From a bacterium (lineage in GTDB: Bacteria; UBA10199; 2-02-FULL-44-16; JAAZCA01), in NCBI GenBank assembly GCA_963674695.2, contig CAXXGI010000001.1, positions 736,001-800,000 on the forward strand: a DNA stretch of 64,000 nucleotides, read 5' to 3'. The notes beneath the pieces are model-generated. The model ran no database searches, had not been told where the DNA came from, and worked only from the letters and a program-made list of their open reading frames with translations. The translations under genes and the position numbers were made by a program. Shown here piece by piece: positions 47,701-57,914 of the stretch (its first letter is position 1; each line of letters begins with the position of its first letter).

Positions 47701-48774
47701 ATGACGACCACAACCGGCATTCGCAAACACATCGCATCCCTCGGCATCGCGGCGCTCTGCTTCGGCTATTTCGCTTCCTACGTCCCCTATTCGATGATGA
47801 CGAAGATGATCACCAAGGGACTCTTCGAGGGAATGGACGGTGTCGGCTTCACCGGTTTTCAGATCCAACCGATCGCGGTGCTCGCCAGCGCCATCGGCAT
47901 GCTGACATTCATCACGCTGGCGCGCTGGTGGAAGCACTGCACGCACTCGAAGATTTTTGGCATCTCCGTTCCACGGCCGCAGTGGTTCACCTTTATCTCG
48001 GGGATCTGCACCGCCTGCCAGATCATCACGACGACACTCGCCTACACCTTCAGCGGTATCTCGATCGTCTTCGCGATGCTCCTCATGCGCGGCGGCGTGT
48101 TGGTGATGGCGCCCATCGTCGATCTCGTGGCCTGGCGTCGCCGTCGCCACATCTACTGGCCCTCGATGGTCGCTGCTGCGTTGAGCCTGGGCGCACTGCT
48201 CGTCGCCTTCGCGAGCAAGGCCGGAACCGCCATGACGACGATTGCCGCCATCGACATCGGTCTCTACCTCTTCGGCTACTTCTTCCGGCTCCTCTTCATG
48301 AGCAACCGCGCCAAGAGCGACGACCCGGTCGAACGCAAGCGGTACTTCTCCGAAGAACAGCTCACCGCCAACATCGTCCTCTTCTCGACACTCGTCGTCG
48401 TGGGCCTCGTCGGCAGCACGATGCCGGTGACCTCAATCCCGGGGCAGGTCTGGTATGGATTTTCCGTGCTGCCCACATCCGGCTTTTTCTGGACGATCTT
48501 CCTGATCGGCATCTTCTCCTACGGCACCGGGCTCTTCGGCAGCCTGATCTACCTGGACCGTCGCGAGAACACCTTCACCGTCCCGGCCAACCGTTCGTCG
48601 AGCATCATCGCGGGACTGATCGCCACCTATCTCCTCGCCTTCTTCTATGGCCAGCGCCTGCCGGACGTACACCAACTTGTCGGCGTTGCGCTCATCATCG
48701 GCGCGATCGCCTTCCTGGCCTGGCGCGGCGCAGTCGAAAAGCGCGCACGTCTCGCGGCAAAGAAGAAAGCATAG
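47701..48774 (+). CDS. Polytopic membrane protein (~10 TM, DMT/EamA-like)
   Basis: Many hydrophobic helices; 9 bp downstream of the PhnD-like gene. Confidence 0.7.
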   Translation: MTTTTGIRKHIASLGIAALCFGYFASYVPYSMMTKMITKGLFEGMDGVGFTGFQIQPIAVLASAIGMLTFITLARWWKHCTHSKIFGISVPRPQWFTFISGICTACQIITTTLAYTFSGISIVFAMLLMRGGVLVMAPIVDLVAWRRRRHIYWPSMVAAALSLGALLVAFASKAGTAMTTIAAIDIGLYLFGYFFRLLFMSNRAKSDDPVERKRYFSEEQLTANIVLFSTLVVVGLVGSTMPVTSIPGQVWYGFSVLPTSGFFWTIFLIGIFSYGTGLFGSLIYLDRRENTFTVPANRSSSIIAGLIATYLLAFFYGQRLPDVHQLVGVALIIGAIAFLAWRGAVEKRARLAAKKKA

Positions 48775-48783
48775 GGAACGCCC

Positions 48784-49722
48784 ATGAACACAGCGGAGAA
48801 GATCGCCCATCTCACCGCGAACATCGCGTCCGTCTTCATCGGGAAACCGCATGCGGTGCGCCAGGTGATCGCGACGCTCTTGGCGGGCGGGCATGTGCTC
48901 ATCGAAGATGTCCCCGGCATCGGAAAGACACTCCTCGGCATTGCGCTGGCGCGCTCGATCGACGCCTCCTTCATGCGCATCCAGTTCACCAACGACCTCC
49001 TTCCCTCCGACATCCTGGGGGTCACCACCTTCCATCCGGAAAAACAGGCGTTCGAATTCCGCCGCGGTCCGATCTTCTCCAACATCGTGCTCGCTGACGA
49101 AATCAACCGTGCCACGCCAAAGACACAGAGCTCGCTCCTGGAGGCGATGAACGATCGCCAGATCACGGTCGACGGCGTCACGCACCATCTTTCACCGCCG
49201 TTCATGGTGATCGCCACCCAGAATCCGGTGGAGTATCACGGCACCTTTCCGCTACCCGAAGCGCAGCTCGATCGTTTTTTCATGCGCGTGCGCATCGGCT
49301 ATCCGACGCTTGAGGATGAAAAGGCCATCGTCCAGGATCATCACCTCTATGCCCGCGCGGGCGAACTGCCCGCCGCGCTCACGCACGAGGAGGTGATGGA
49401 CTTGCAAGAGGAGACCGAGCGCGTGCGTCTGGATGAGATGCTGCTCGAATACATCATCCGCATCGCCGACGCGACGCGCCAGGACCCGCGCATCCAGCTC
49501 GGCATCAGTCCGCGCGGCGCCCTCTTCCTCCACCGCGCGGCACAAGCCGCGGCCATCATGGACGGTCGCGATGCCTGCACGCCGGATGACATCAAATCGA
49601 TGGCGGTTCCGGTTTTCTCCCACCGACTGATCGTCGAATCGAACCTCTATGGCATGGCACGCATCGACGAATCGGAACGGATCATGAACGAAATTCTGGA
49701 ACGCACACCGGTACCGTTGTAA
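48784..49722 (+). CDS. MoxR-family AAA+ ATPase
   Basis: EDVPGIGKT, RIQFT.DLLPSD, DEINRA, ATQNP and LPEAQLDRF. Confidence 0.95.
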   Translation: MNTAEKIAHLTANIASVFIGKPHAVRQVIATLLAGGHVLIEDVPGIGKTLLGIALARSIDASFMRIQFTNDLLPSDILGVTTFHPEKQAFEFRRGPIFSNIVLADEINRATPKTQSSLLEAMNDRQITVDGVTHHLSPPFMVIATQNPVEYHGTFPLPEAQLDRFFMRVRIGYPTLEDEKAIVQDHHLYARAGELPAALTHEEVMDLQEETERVRLDEMLLEYIIRIADATRQDPRIQLGISPRGALFLHRAAQAAAIMDGRDACTPDDIKSMAVPVFSHRLIVESNLYGMARIDESERIMNEILERTPVPL

Positions 49723-49755
49723 TAACGAAGAACGACCGCTCATGGTGTTCAGTTT

Positions 49756-49853
49756 TGTCATTCTGAGCGAAGCCCCGTAGTACGGGGCGTAGCGAAGAAT
49801 CCCTTGCGAACATTGTCTTCGGGGGATTCTTCGGCTGACGCCTCAGAATGACA
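49756..49853. repeat. REP-like palindrome (TGTCATTCTGAGCG...CTCAGAATGACA)
   Basis: Terminal IRs with an internal GCCCCGTAGTACGGGGC hairpin. Confidence 0.75.
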
Positions 49854-49888
49854 ATCGACGTAAAACCTCATTCCCCGAGATCACCTTC

Positions 49889-52864
49889 ATGCGTCTGACC
49901 ATCCTCGGTAAAGCGGTCCTCTTCCTGATCTTCCTGACGATGTGGAACGCCGTGAACGGCGGGCTCAACGTCCTGTATATGCTCTATGCGGGACTGGCCG
50001 CTATCGTGTTGATCTCGCTGATCGGAAGCGTTCTCGCCGCAAGGCAGCTCACGCTTGAGATCGAACTGCCGGAACAGATCTTCACCGGCGAAGAGACGCC
50101 ACTGGCGATCACCGTGCGCAACGGGGGGTGGATTCCGCTCCACGGCCTGGCGCTTATCACCGCAACTGGGCGCATCGCCATCGGATCGCTCGCGCCGAAC
50201 GAAGCGCGCACCATCCACCTCCCCTATGCCTTTCCCCTTCGCGGGCTCACAGCGCTTACCGATCTGGCCTGCGACATTCAATTCCCCTTCGGACTCTTTG
50301 TGCGCCGCAAGGCATGCCCGCAACATGGCATCCTCGTCCTGCCCCACATGGAGCGCATCGCCGACGCTTCGCGCGAACGCGCCGTCACCCAGGAGGAGAT
50401 CGCACGACCACGCCGCGGCGCCGGCGATGACTTCTGGAGCGTGCGGGAATACGCCCCGGGAGACGATGTCCGGCTCATCAGCTGGAAGCTCTCGGCCAAG
50501 GTCGGGCGCCCGCTCATCCGCGAGTTCGCCGAGATGGTCGGCGATCGCGTCATCGTGCGCGCGAACGGCGTTCCGTTCGGTGAAGAGACCGAGCATCGCA
50601 TCGCACGGGCGGCGTCGATCGCGCGCTTCTTCATCGACGAGGGGGCCGAGGTGCGACTCGTCACCGACGAGGGGGACACAGGCTTCGGCCGTGGACTCAC
50701 GCAGCTGGCGCTCATCCTTAAACACCTCGCCCTCCTGGGAGAGGGTCGCCGGGAACGCCCCACGGGAGAAGCCGCACGCGTGCGCTGGCGCCTGCCCGAA
50801 TGGAAGGACGTTCCCACATTCACCACGCTCATCACGATCTTGTCCGGAGTCGTCGCCGCAAGCCTCTGGCTCTTGGAAGGGCTCGACCTCCCGACGAAAC
50901 TCGCCGTTGCCGCCGCCGTCCCATTGGGCCTCATCGTCAATCGCCGTGGAAAAAGCCTGCTGCCACAGAGCGTCTGGTCGGTGCTGGGGGTCTTGGCGAT
51001 CCTCGCCGTGCTCGCTATCGACATCCCCGCGCAGGGACTGCTTCCGGGGCTCACGCACCTGCTCGCATTCGCGCTGATCAATCGCTTGCTCATCCCCAAA
51101 ACGCCGCGCGATGCGGGACGCATGCTCATCATCCTCTATCTGCTCTTCCTGCTCATCTCCTGGCAAACGGTGCGACCCGCCTATCTCGTCGCCTATACGA
51201 CCTTTCTGATCCTCGGCACGATGACGCTCGCTGCGTTGGCGGGTTGGACATCACGGCTTCGCGCACGTCCGATCGTCGCGGCTGCCATGACCATCGTCCT
51301 CATACTCGCCATCGCCGGCACCGTCTTCGCCATCACGCCGAGGATCTCCAACCCACGTTTCGTGGCGATGATGCGGCGCCTGGGCCTGGCGGGAATGGTC
51401 ACGCCCGAACTCTCGATCGTGAGCTTGGCCGATCGCATGCGCCTGGGCGCCTTCGACGATGTCCGTGCGAGTACCCGGCGCGTAATGCAGGTGCGCATCG
51501 CGGGTCTCGATGATGCCAAGGATCGCGCGCTCTATGTGCGCGCCGGGGCGTTCGATCATTTCGACGGTGAGGATTGGATGCGCACGAGTCCTGATTTCGC
51601 CTACCGCTTTCACGGGCGAACGATCACGAGCACCAATGGACGCGGACTCTATGCACGCGAGGAGGGCGGGCGTTCCTTCGTCACACAGGGGTGGAACCCG
51701 AACCACGGCGGCATCGTCCAGGATTTTTACATCTATCCGATGGGGACATCGCTCATCTTCGCCATCGGCGATCCGACGAACATCCAGGGGGGAGTGGTGC
51801 AGCCGATGTTTGACGCCAGCGGGACGGTCTTCAACGCCACCCCGTTCAATCGCGGGGGACGCTACCAGGTCATCTCGCAATCGATTCCGGTGCGACTCTA
51901 TGAAGCAATCGAGGATTACGGCATGCTCTCGCATGAGACCTACCTCCAACTGCCGGCGAAGACGGATGCGCTTGCAACGCTCGCCGCTCGCCTCACGCGC
52001 GGCCGCGGCACCGCTGTTGAAAAAGCCACAGTGCTCGAAACGTATTTTCACGAGGAATTCACCTATTCCTATCTGGGGGCGCACGGCCGCCAGTCGCTCG
52101 ATGCCTTTCTCTTCGAGAGCAAGGCCGCCAACTGCGAATACTTCGCGACCGCCATGGCACTCATGCTCCGCACACAGAACGTCCCCGCCCGGCTCGTCAT
52201 CGGTTATCTCACCACCGATTGGAAATCGGTCGAGGGCTATTACGACGTGCGCAACTCCGACGGGCATGCCTGGGTCGAGGCCCTCATCCCCGGACGCGGC
52301 TGGGTCCCCTTCGATCCCACGCCAGAGCAGGTCAGCTCCCTTCCGACCGATTTCCCCCTAGGCCGCAGTGCCTATCGCTACTTACTCGGCATGCAGATGG
52401 CCTGGTATCGCTACGTCATCGGCTATGACCTCTCCCTGCAGCGCAATGCCCTGGCCTCCCTACTCTCGCGCTGGCGCGATATCGCAATCTTCGCCGCATT
52501 GGCGCTGGCCGCAATCATCGGAGCGATTATCCTCACGCTCACCCTGCGCCATCACTTTCGCCGCAAGAAGCAGACGATCTTCCTGCACCCGGCGGCGCTG
52601 ATCTACCTGAAGGCGCAGCGACAACTCGCCCGCTATGGCTTCATGCGCGCACCGGGACAGACGCCCGCACAGTTTGCGGCAACGATTGCGGAAACAAATC
52701 CAAATTTGAGTGTGGTGGAGGAATTTACTCAGGCCTACTATCGCGCGCGCTATGCGAACGATACCGCACAGCCCCTCGCACAGCTCCTGCATGATCTCGG
52801 TGTGACGCTCAAACGGTATGCGGAACGCTCGTATGAATGGCGTCGCCGCAAACCCTCCTCCTAG
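49889..52864 (+). CDS. DUF58 - DUF3488 - transglutaminase fusion protein
   Basis: FPFGLF and REYAPGDDVRLISWK (DUF58); TM block; NCEYFATAM, HAWVE and FDPTP catalytic triad. Confidence 0.88.
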   Translation: MRLTILGKAVLFLIFLTMWNAVNGGLNVLYMLYAGLAAIVLISLIGSVLAARQLTLEIELPEQIFTGEETPLAITVRNGGWIPLHGLALITATGRIAIGSLAPNEARTIHLPYAFPLRGLTALTDLACDIQFPFGLFVRRKACPQHGILVLPHMERIADASRERAVTQEEIARPRRGAGDDFWSVREYAPGDDVRLISWKLSAKVGRPLIREFAEMVGDRVIVRANGVPFGEETEHRIARAASIARFFIDEGAEVRLVTDEGDTGFGRGLTQLALILKHLALLGEGRRERPTGEAARVRWRLPEWKDVPTFTTLITILSGVVAASLWLLEGLDLPTKLAVAAAVPLGLIVNRRGKSLLPQSVWSVLGVLAILAVLAIDIPAQGLLPGLTHLLAFALINRLLIPKTPRDAGRMLIILYLLFLLISWQTVRPAYLVAYTTFLILGTMTLAALAGWTSRLRARPIVAAAMTIVLILAIAGTVFAITPRISNPRFVAMMRRLGLAGMVTPELSIVSLADRMRLGAFDDVRASTRRVMQVRIAGLDDAKDRALYVRAGAFDHFDGEDWMRTSPDFAYRFHGRTITSTNGRGLYAREEGGRSFVTQGWNPNHGGIVQDFYIYPMGTSLIFAIGDPTNIQGGVVQPMFDASGTVFNATPFNRGGRYQVISQSIPVRLYEAIEDYGMLSHETYLQLPAKTDALATLAARLTRGRGTAVEKATVLETYFHEEFTYSYLGAHGRQSLDAFLFESKAANCEYFATAMALMLRTQNVPARLVIGYLTTDWKSVEGYYDVRNSDGHAWVEALIPGRGWVPFDPTPEQVSSLPTDFPLGRSAYRYLLGMQMAWYRYVIGYDLSLQRNALASLLSRWRDIAIFAALALAAIIGAIILTLTLRHHFRRKKQTIFLHPAALIYLKAQRQLARYGFMRAPGQTPAQFAATIAETNPNLSVVEEFTQAYYRARYANDTAQPLAQLLHDLGVTLKRYAERSYEWRRRKPSS

Positions 52865-53877
52865 AAGTGCGAAGACCGAATGATACCGGAAATACAATCG
52901 CCAACGCGGCCATTTTTGAGGCGCCCCAGGAGGTCGCGAGCGAATGCTTCATCGGTCTTCAGTTGCTGCTTCAGTTCAGGCATTTCATCGAAGGCATCAA
53001 GACCATAGGCATCGAGATAGGCCGCGATGACCTCCGGACGCTGCTGCATCTTTTTGGAGAGCTGTTTATACACGCCTCGATCGACCTTCACCGCTTTGAC
53101 CGCAAATGGAATGCTATTGCGATAGGGTGAAAAACGCGGCACCTTGATCAGGTTCGGCGTTGTTTCTATCGCTGTTAACAGAAGCTTCTCACAGGTGGCG
53201 CGATCATTCACAATCTTGTCTCCGACGAACATCAGCGCCATGCCGTCTTGTTTCGCCACCATCTTGAGCAACAGGAGATGGTTCTGTCCCTGGGGAAGCT
53301 TCTGCAGGAGAAACGGCTTCACTTTCAGAATCTTCCGCATCATCGGATAGGCGTCCGTCATATCCGCTTTAGGAACGAGCGAGAGCGCAAACTCCTCTTC
53401 AACCTTTACCAGTTCCCCTATGACGGAGGACTGCGAACCCTTCTCCCGCAATCGCTCGAGAAGACGCTGACGATCAGAGGTTGAGAGCTTATCTCTATTT
53501 CGATACGCGGTAGAGATCAGCTCAACATCAGAGGCTTTCGTCTCATCGAGCGAGAGATACAGCATGGGGCGACGGGCCAATCCCTCCCTGAGCTCATCAT
53601 GTGAACGACAGGGGAGAATATTTCCGATGACGTATTCCTTCCACTGTTCTACGCCTGCAAAACGAGCACCACCCGAAATACGATCCCACGTCAGGGGATT
53701 CACGCCAAAGCCCTGCTCATCGATCATCAGCAGATGATCCTGCTTCATCTCCTTGAATTCCTTTGGGCTCAAGGTCATGTCTTCATCGCGCCCAGCATAA
53801 CCCAGGTAGACCACATCATAGTTGGTCAACGTCACGCCGCTCTTTTCGACCGCATCGCAAATATTTTGAGAACCCAT
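52861..53877 (-). CDS. Hypothetical protein with DUF4116-like repeats
   Basis: VAKQDGMALMFV..NDR and AVKVD..YKQLS segments; GAGG RBS. Confidence 0.55.
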   Translation of the reverse strand: MGSQNICDAVEKSGVTLTNYDVVYLGYAGRDEDMTLSPKEFKEMKQDHLLMIDEQGFGVNPLTWDRISGGARFAGVEQWKEYVIGNILPCRSHDELREGLARRPMLYLSLDETKASDVELISTAYRNRDKLSTSDRQRLLERLREKGSQSSVIGELVKVEEEFALSLVPKADMTDAYPMMRKILKVKPFLLQKLPQGQNHLLLLKMVAKQDGMALMFVGDKIVNDRATCEKLLLTAIETTPNLIKVPRFSPYRNSIPFAVKAVKVDRGVYKQLSKKMQQRPEVIAAYLDAYGLDAFDEMPELKQQLKTDEAFARDLLGRLKNGRVGDCISGIIRSSHF

Positions 53878-54072
53878 AATTCCTCCATCGCTACCCCGGC
53901 CTCACCGTTATTATCGGCACACAATGCATAATGTTTCTCCATTTATGGAGGAACACGCCATTTTCCGTTTTCATTTGAGAACACTGCAGGAAATAAAATG
54001 ACGGAGCGACCCGCACATAACGTTAGAACGTCTCGCGCGGAAACGGGATAGCGGGACAACACGACATCGAAA

Positions 54073-55659
54073 TTACGGCTTCAGGATGGCATCGATATTC
54101 GTCACTTCATGAATGGCATCGAGCGCAGTTCCGTCGAGGTATTTGGTGACGCCGACGACCCGATCGCCGAATTCCGGCGCAACCGACTGCGGAAATGCGG
54201 CCGCATTCTCATCGGCCTTGGCGATCGCCTCGTCCATCGTGAGGAAGGCGACCTCCATCTGCTTCATGCGCTGAGCCAACTCCCGGTTACGCTCGGCGTT
54301 CGGATTCGCCTTCGTATCGTTGACGATCATCCCCTCGGGCGTCATGACGAAGTCGACGCAATAGCGGCCCGGCGTCGAGATGGTGGTGACGCGCTCACGC
54401 ACGATGCGATTCCCCTTCCGGTTGAGCGGCGCCTGCACGATAGTCACCGCCGCGCCGCGCGCGACCTCCTGGTGCCCGCCGATCGCCTTGGCCGGAATGC
54501 CGTTGGAAAACGTCGTCACGTTGACATCGAAGTGACGATCCACCTCGATGGCGCCCAAGAGCCCCACATCGAGAAGTCCCGTCACCGGCGCACGATAGGG
54601 CGAACCATACTGAAACATATCCATCGGCGTCGTGACACTCCACATCGAACGCATCGTGATCGCCGACATCCGATCAAAGCACTGGCCGTTGAAGAGCTGG
54701 TGCACGAGCCCTGCGTTCACGGCGGCGATGAGATCGCCCGTGATCCCGCCGATCATCATGTCGATCTGGATCCCCTCGGCGGCGAGATAATCGATGGCAG
54801 CCAGCCCCACGCCTGAGCCGAGCTGCACACAGGGGTTGCGCCCCTTGATTTCGAGTGCTTTGACCACCGCGACGATGTTCCCGAGCGCCCGCGCGCGTTC
54901 CGGACTGATGCCGCCCGTCACCGTCTCGCCGGAGTCGAGGCCATGGTTGTCGCCGATGGAGGCGATCTCGACGACGTCGGTCACCTGCTGCATGCTGATC
55001 GTGAGAAAGGGGGAAACGCCGCGCACGAGTCGGTCGGTGACGACGACGAAGCCCTTGCGCGCAAAACGCGCATCCGGCGCCATGAAGGAGAGGAACCCGA
55101 ACATCGAATTCGGCCTTCCGCGCCAACCGTTGCAGTTTCCGAAGCGATCGGACTGACTGGCCGCGCAGAAGGCGACATCGATCTCGAGCTGCCCCGTCTC
55201 GATATCGGCCGCGCGCCCCGAATGGCTGCGCGTCTCGAAGATGCCCGACATGCCGCCGCTCGCGACGAGATGGCCCAACGCCCCACGCACAGAACCCCCC
55301 TTGATCTGGGTGATCACACCCTTCTCGATCGCCTCCATGATGATCGGGATATGACAGGGAAAGAGCGAAGTAGGTGCGAGCGCAAGATCGTGAAACCCCA
55401 TGTCGATGATCTCGCGCAGAACCTGCGCCAGGACCCCATCGCCGTTGCGCAGCTGGTGGTGAAACGAGATCGTATCGCCGTCCTTCAGTTCGGTACGCTC
55501 GATCGCCGCGCGCACGCTGGGGCGCACCTTCGGCTCGGTCACGCTCCCCCGATAGACCTCCGGGATGAACCGTGGCGGACATTCGAGCTCGGGCCCTTTG
55601 AAGGGGCGATATTCGGCAGGGATGTCACGCCCGAGGGCGTTTGGAATCGGTCGGGGCAT
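54073..55659 (-). CDS. citF: Citrate lyase alpha subunit / CoA-transferase
   Basis: LKDGDTISFHHQLRNGD, RSHSGRA, FGNCNG, GGITG, GGHQE and TPG motifs. Confidence 0.85.
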   Translation of the reverse strand: MPRPIPNALGRDIPAEYRPFKGPELECPPRFIPEVYRGSVTEPKVRPSVRAAIERTELKDGDTISFHHQLRNGDGVLAQVLREIIDMGFHDLALAPTSLFPCHIPIIMEAIEKGVITQIKGGSVRGALGHLVASGGMSGIFETRSHSGRAADIETGQLEIDVAFCAASQSDRFGNCNGWRGRPNSMFGFLSFMAPDARFARKGFVVVTDRLVRGVSPFLTISMQQVTDVVEIASIGDNHGLDSGETVTGGISPERARALGNIVAVVKALEIKGRNPCVQLGSGVGLAAIDYLAAEGIQIDMMIGGITGDLIAAVNAGLVHQLFNGQCFDRMSAITMRSMWSVTTPMDMFQYGSPYRAPVTGLLDVGLLGAIEVDRHFDVNVTTFSNGIPAKAIGGHQEVARGAAVTIVQAPLNRKGNRIVRERVTTISTPGRYCVDFVMTPEGMIVNDTKANPNAERNRELAQRMKQMEVAFLTMDEAIAKADENAAAFPQSVAPEFGDRVVGVTKYLDGTALDAIHEVTNIDAILKP

Positions 55660-55737
55660 GGTTTTCTCCTCTCAATGAGAGTTGAGCCTGCCCTATTTGC
55701 AAAATTTTGTCGAGGGGGGGGAATGGCTGATCAAAGC

Positions 55738-56580
55738 CTACTCACCGCGGATGGTATCCCAGATGCGCTGCCAAATCGGCTTCTTCGGCATCTTCGATTC
55801 GATCATCTCACGCATGGCTTCCTGCGCGGGCGGGTGCCATCCCTTTGCACGGTCGATAGCAACGAGTGCTTTGTCGTACTGCTCGTTCTGGAAATATACA
55901 AAAGCGAGCGTATGAAAATAGTTTCCCCTGTGGATGACCTTGGACTGAGGATCCATGCCGCTCGCAACTCTCTCCTCCAGTTCGACGGCGCGCTCGGCAT
56001 ATCGGATCGCCTTCGGGAGGTTCTGTTTGCGAAAGGCTTCATCGTCGGAGCTGGCGATGATCCATGCAGCGTTGTTCAGCTGGAGTTCGTCTTCATGAAA
56101 ACGCGGATTCGACTCGGCATGTGCAAGGACCTCGGCGTCGCTCTTGCGCGATCCAAAAGCGAAGGGATCTCCATCCGATGACAGCTCGCATCCCTCCATC
56201 GTGCGGCCTTGGCAGAACGCATCGAGCGCCTCGGGCGAGAGCTCGTCGATTCCGATGACATCGACGATGAGGGAGCGCGCCTCCTCCGGTGAGACGAAAT
56301 ACGAGGGCTTGGTCGTGAGCATCCCGAGGTAGAGGCGCTGCACGTCGATCGCAGAGAGATCTTTCCAGACCGCGCCGTCGTCGCGAAGGACACTCGCCCC
56401 TCCGTCGCCCGCATCCGGAAAATCGGAGATCTCGACGAGACCATCGCCCATCTCTTCGCCAGCAGTCATCCCCAGACCATACGGCGGGCAGATTCCCTTG
56501 GGATCACCCTCGCGATCCATCTTCTTCACGAATGGATAGCGATCGATGTGTTCTTCTTTGATACAGGAGAGCATTGGCAT
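55738..56580 (-). CDS. Hypothetical protein with C-terminal TPR-like repeat
   Basis: LNNAAW..A...AIRYAERAVEL...HTLAFVYF pattern; GGAGG RBS. Confidence 0.65.
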   Translation of the reverse strand: MPMLSCIKEEHIDRYPFVKKMDREGDPKGICPPYGLGMTAGEEMGDGLVEISDFPDAGDGGASVLRDDGAVWKDLSAIDVQRLYLGMLTTKPSYFVSPEEARSLIVDVIGIDELSPEALDAFCQGRTMEGCELSSDGDPFAFGSRKSDAEVLAHAESNPRFHEDELQLNNAAWIIASSDDEAFRKQNLPKAIRYAERAVELEERVASGMDPQSKVIHRGNYFHTLAFVYFQNEQYDKALVAIDRAKGWHPPAQEAMREMIESKMPKKPIWQRIWDTIRGE

Positions 56581-56837
56581 GGAAGAACCTCCATAGAAAA
56601 TTGTGTTTGGGGCAACCTCACTATCCCCCATCCGCGGTACCCCTGATCCATATCTCATGAAAATCAGAACAAGGATTTGTTACAAAGAGAAAACCGTCGA
56701 CAACGGCAGCACCTCATCATCCTGACGAGGCGGAGCCCAGCAGATCGCGCTCGTCTCGTCGTAGAAGTCCTGCGCGGAAAAGACGTCGCGCGCTTCGGAT
56801 TGAATCTTTTCGACCATAAATGATTCCTCTTCTACTC

Positions 56838-57689
56838 CTAGAAGTCGCTCACGTCTCCGCCACCGCCGGCGGCGAAACTCACAGCTGGAAGAACAGACTG
56901 CGGCATCGGTCCGGGTTTTTTGATCTCGGGATCATGGGGGTTTCGATATTCGTTCGCCAAGCGCTGCTGCCCCGCACGAACGCGCCCGATCGCGTCCCGA
57001 ACCTGATCGGGGCTCCCCTCCCGCGCAAACATCGCGCGAAAAATATCGAGCCGCTGGGAATCTCGATTCGCTTCATTGATGAATCCAATCCCCAATCCCG
57101 CTGCGATGAGCGACATCCACGGATGCCCCATGAAGCCTATGACGGCACCGCCGAAGAACGATGCGACGGAGGCGAAGAAAGCTTTTTTCGCCAACCGTCC
57201 GGGAACAGTCTCCTCGAGCACTTCAAGCGTTCGGATGTTGTGCTCGATCTGACCGACCATCGCCTCTGCAAAGTAGTCGATGACACCGCGATTAAGAAAG
57301 CCGCATTCGCCCGCGCGCGCAAGCGTCCAGGCACGAAACCCGTGGTGGACGAAGAAATCCGGCGTACTCGGGCGAACGATCGGAACCCCCGCGCGCCCTT
57401 CGAGAACGGCCACCTTGAGCGTGCGCAGTTTCGCCGTCAATTCCTCCTGCTGATCGCTGGCGAAATCGTGCTGGGCCGTGCGGATCGCCATTGCGAGTTC
57501 CTCTCTCGCCGCGCCCTCGGCGCTACAAACGAGAGGCCCCGCACCCGCCAGATCGACTGCCTTCCAGAGGGAGAGCCCCAGCTCGCTCTCCGCCCCCATC
57601 GAATCATCAAAATCCCCATTAAAAACCTGGGCAGTCACCCCCGAAAGGTTCATGACGGGGGTAGTGTTTCCCATTCCGACCATCATCAT
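56838..57689 (-). CDS. Hypothetical membrane protein
   Basis: 283-aa ORF with two TM helices; GGAGAGG RBS. Confidence 0.6.
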   Translation of the reverse strand: MMMVGMGNTTPVMNLSGVTAQVFNGDFDDSMGAESELGLSLWKAVDLAGAGPLVCSAEGAAREELAMAIRTAQHDFASDQQEELTAKLRTLKVAVLEGRAGVPIVRPSTPDFFVHHGFRAWTLARAGECGFLNRGVIDYFAEAMVGQIEHNIRTLEVLEETVPGRLAKKAFFASVASFFGGAVIGFMGHPWMSLIAAGLGIGFINEANRDSQRLDIFRAMFAREGSPDQVRDAIGRVRAGQQRLANEYRNPHDPEIKKPGPMPQSVLPAVSFAAGGGGDVSDF

Positions 57690-57914
57690 CGTTTGTCCTC
57701 CTCTCCCCGTTCTTCGGCATTCTTCGCAAAAAGTTGCGTTCTATTTGGCCACCGATCGACGGTCATCGTGGAAGCCTGAAAAACCGAAAATATCCCCCCT
57801 GTTGCGTCTTTTTAACAATGCGAAATCCTCATCGCCCGGTGTTTTTTTGAACAACTTCTCCCCGCCCCCGCCGATACTGGAGAGAGAACGATCACTCTTC
57901 AAGGAGAAAGATCT

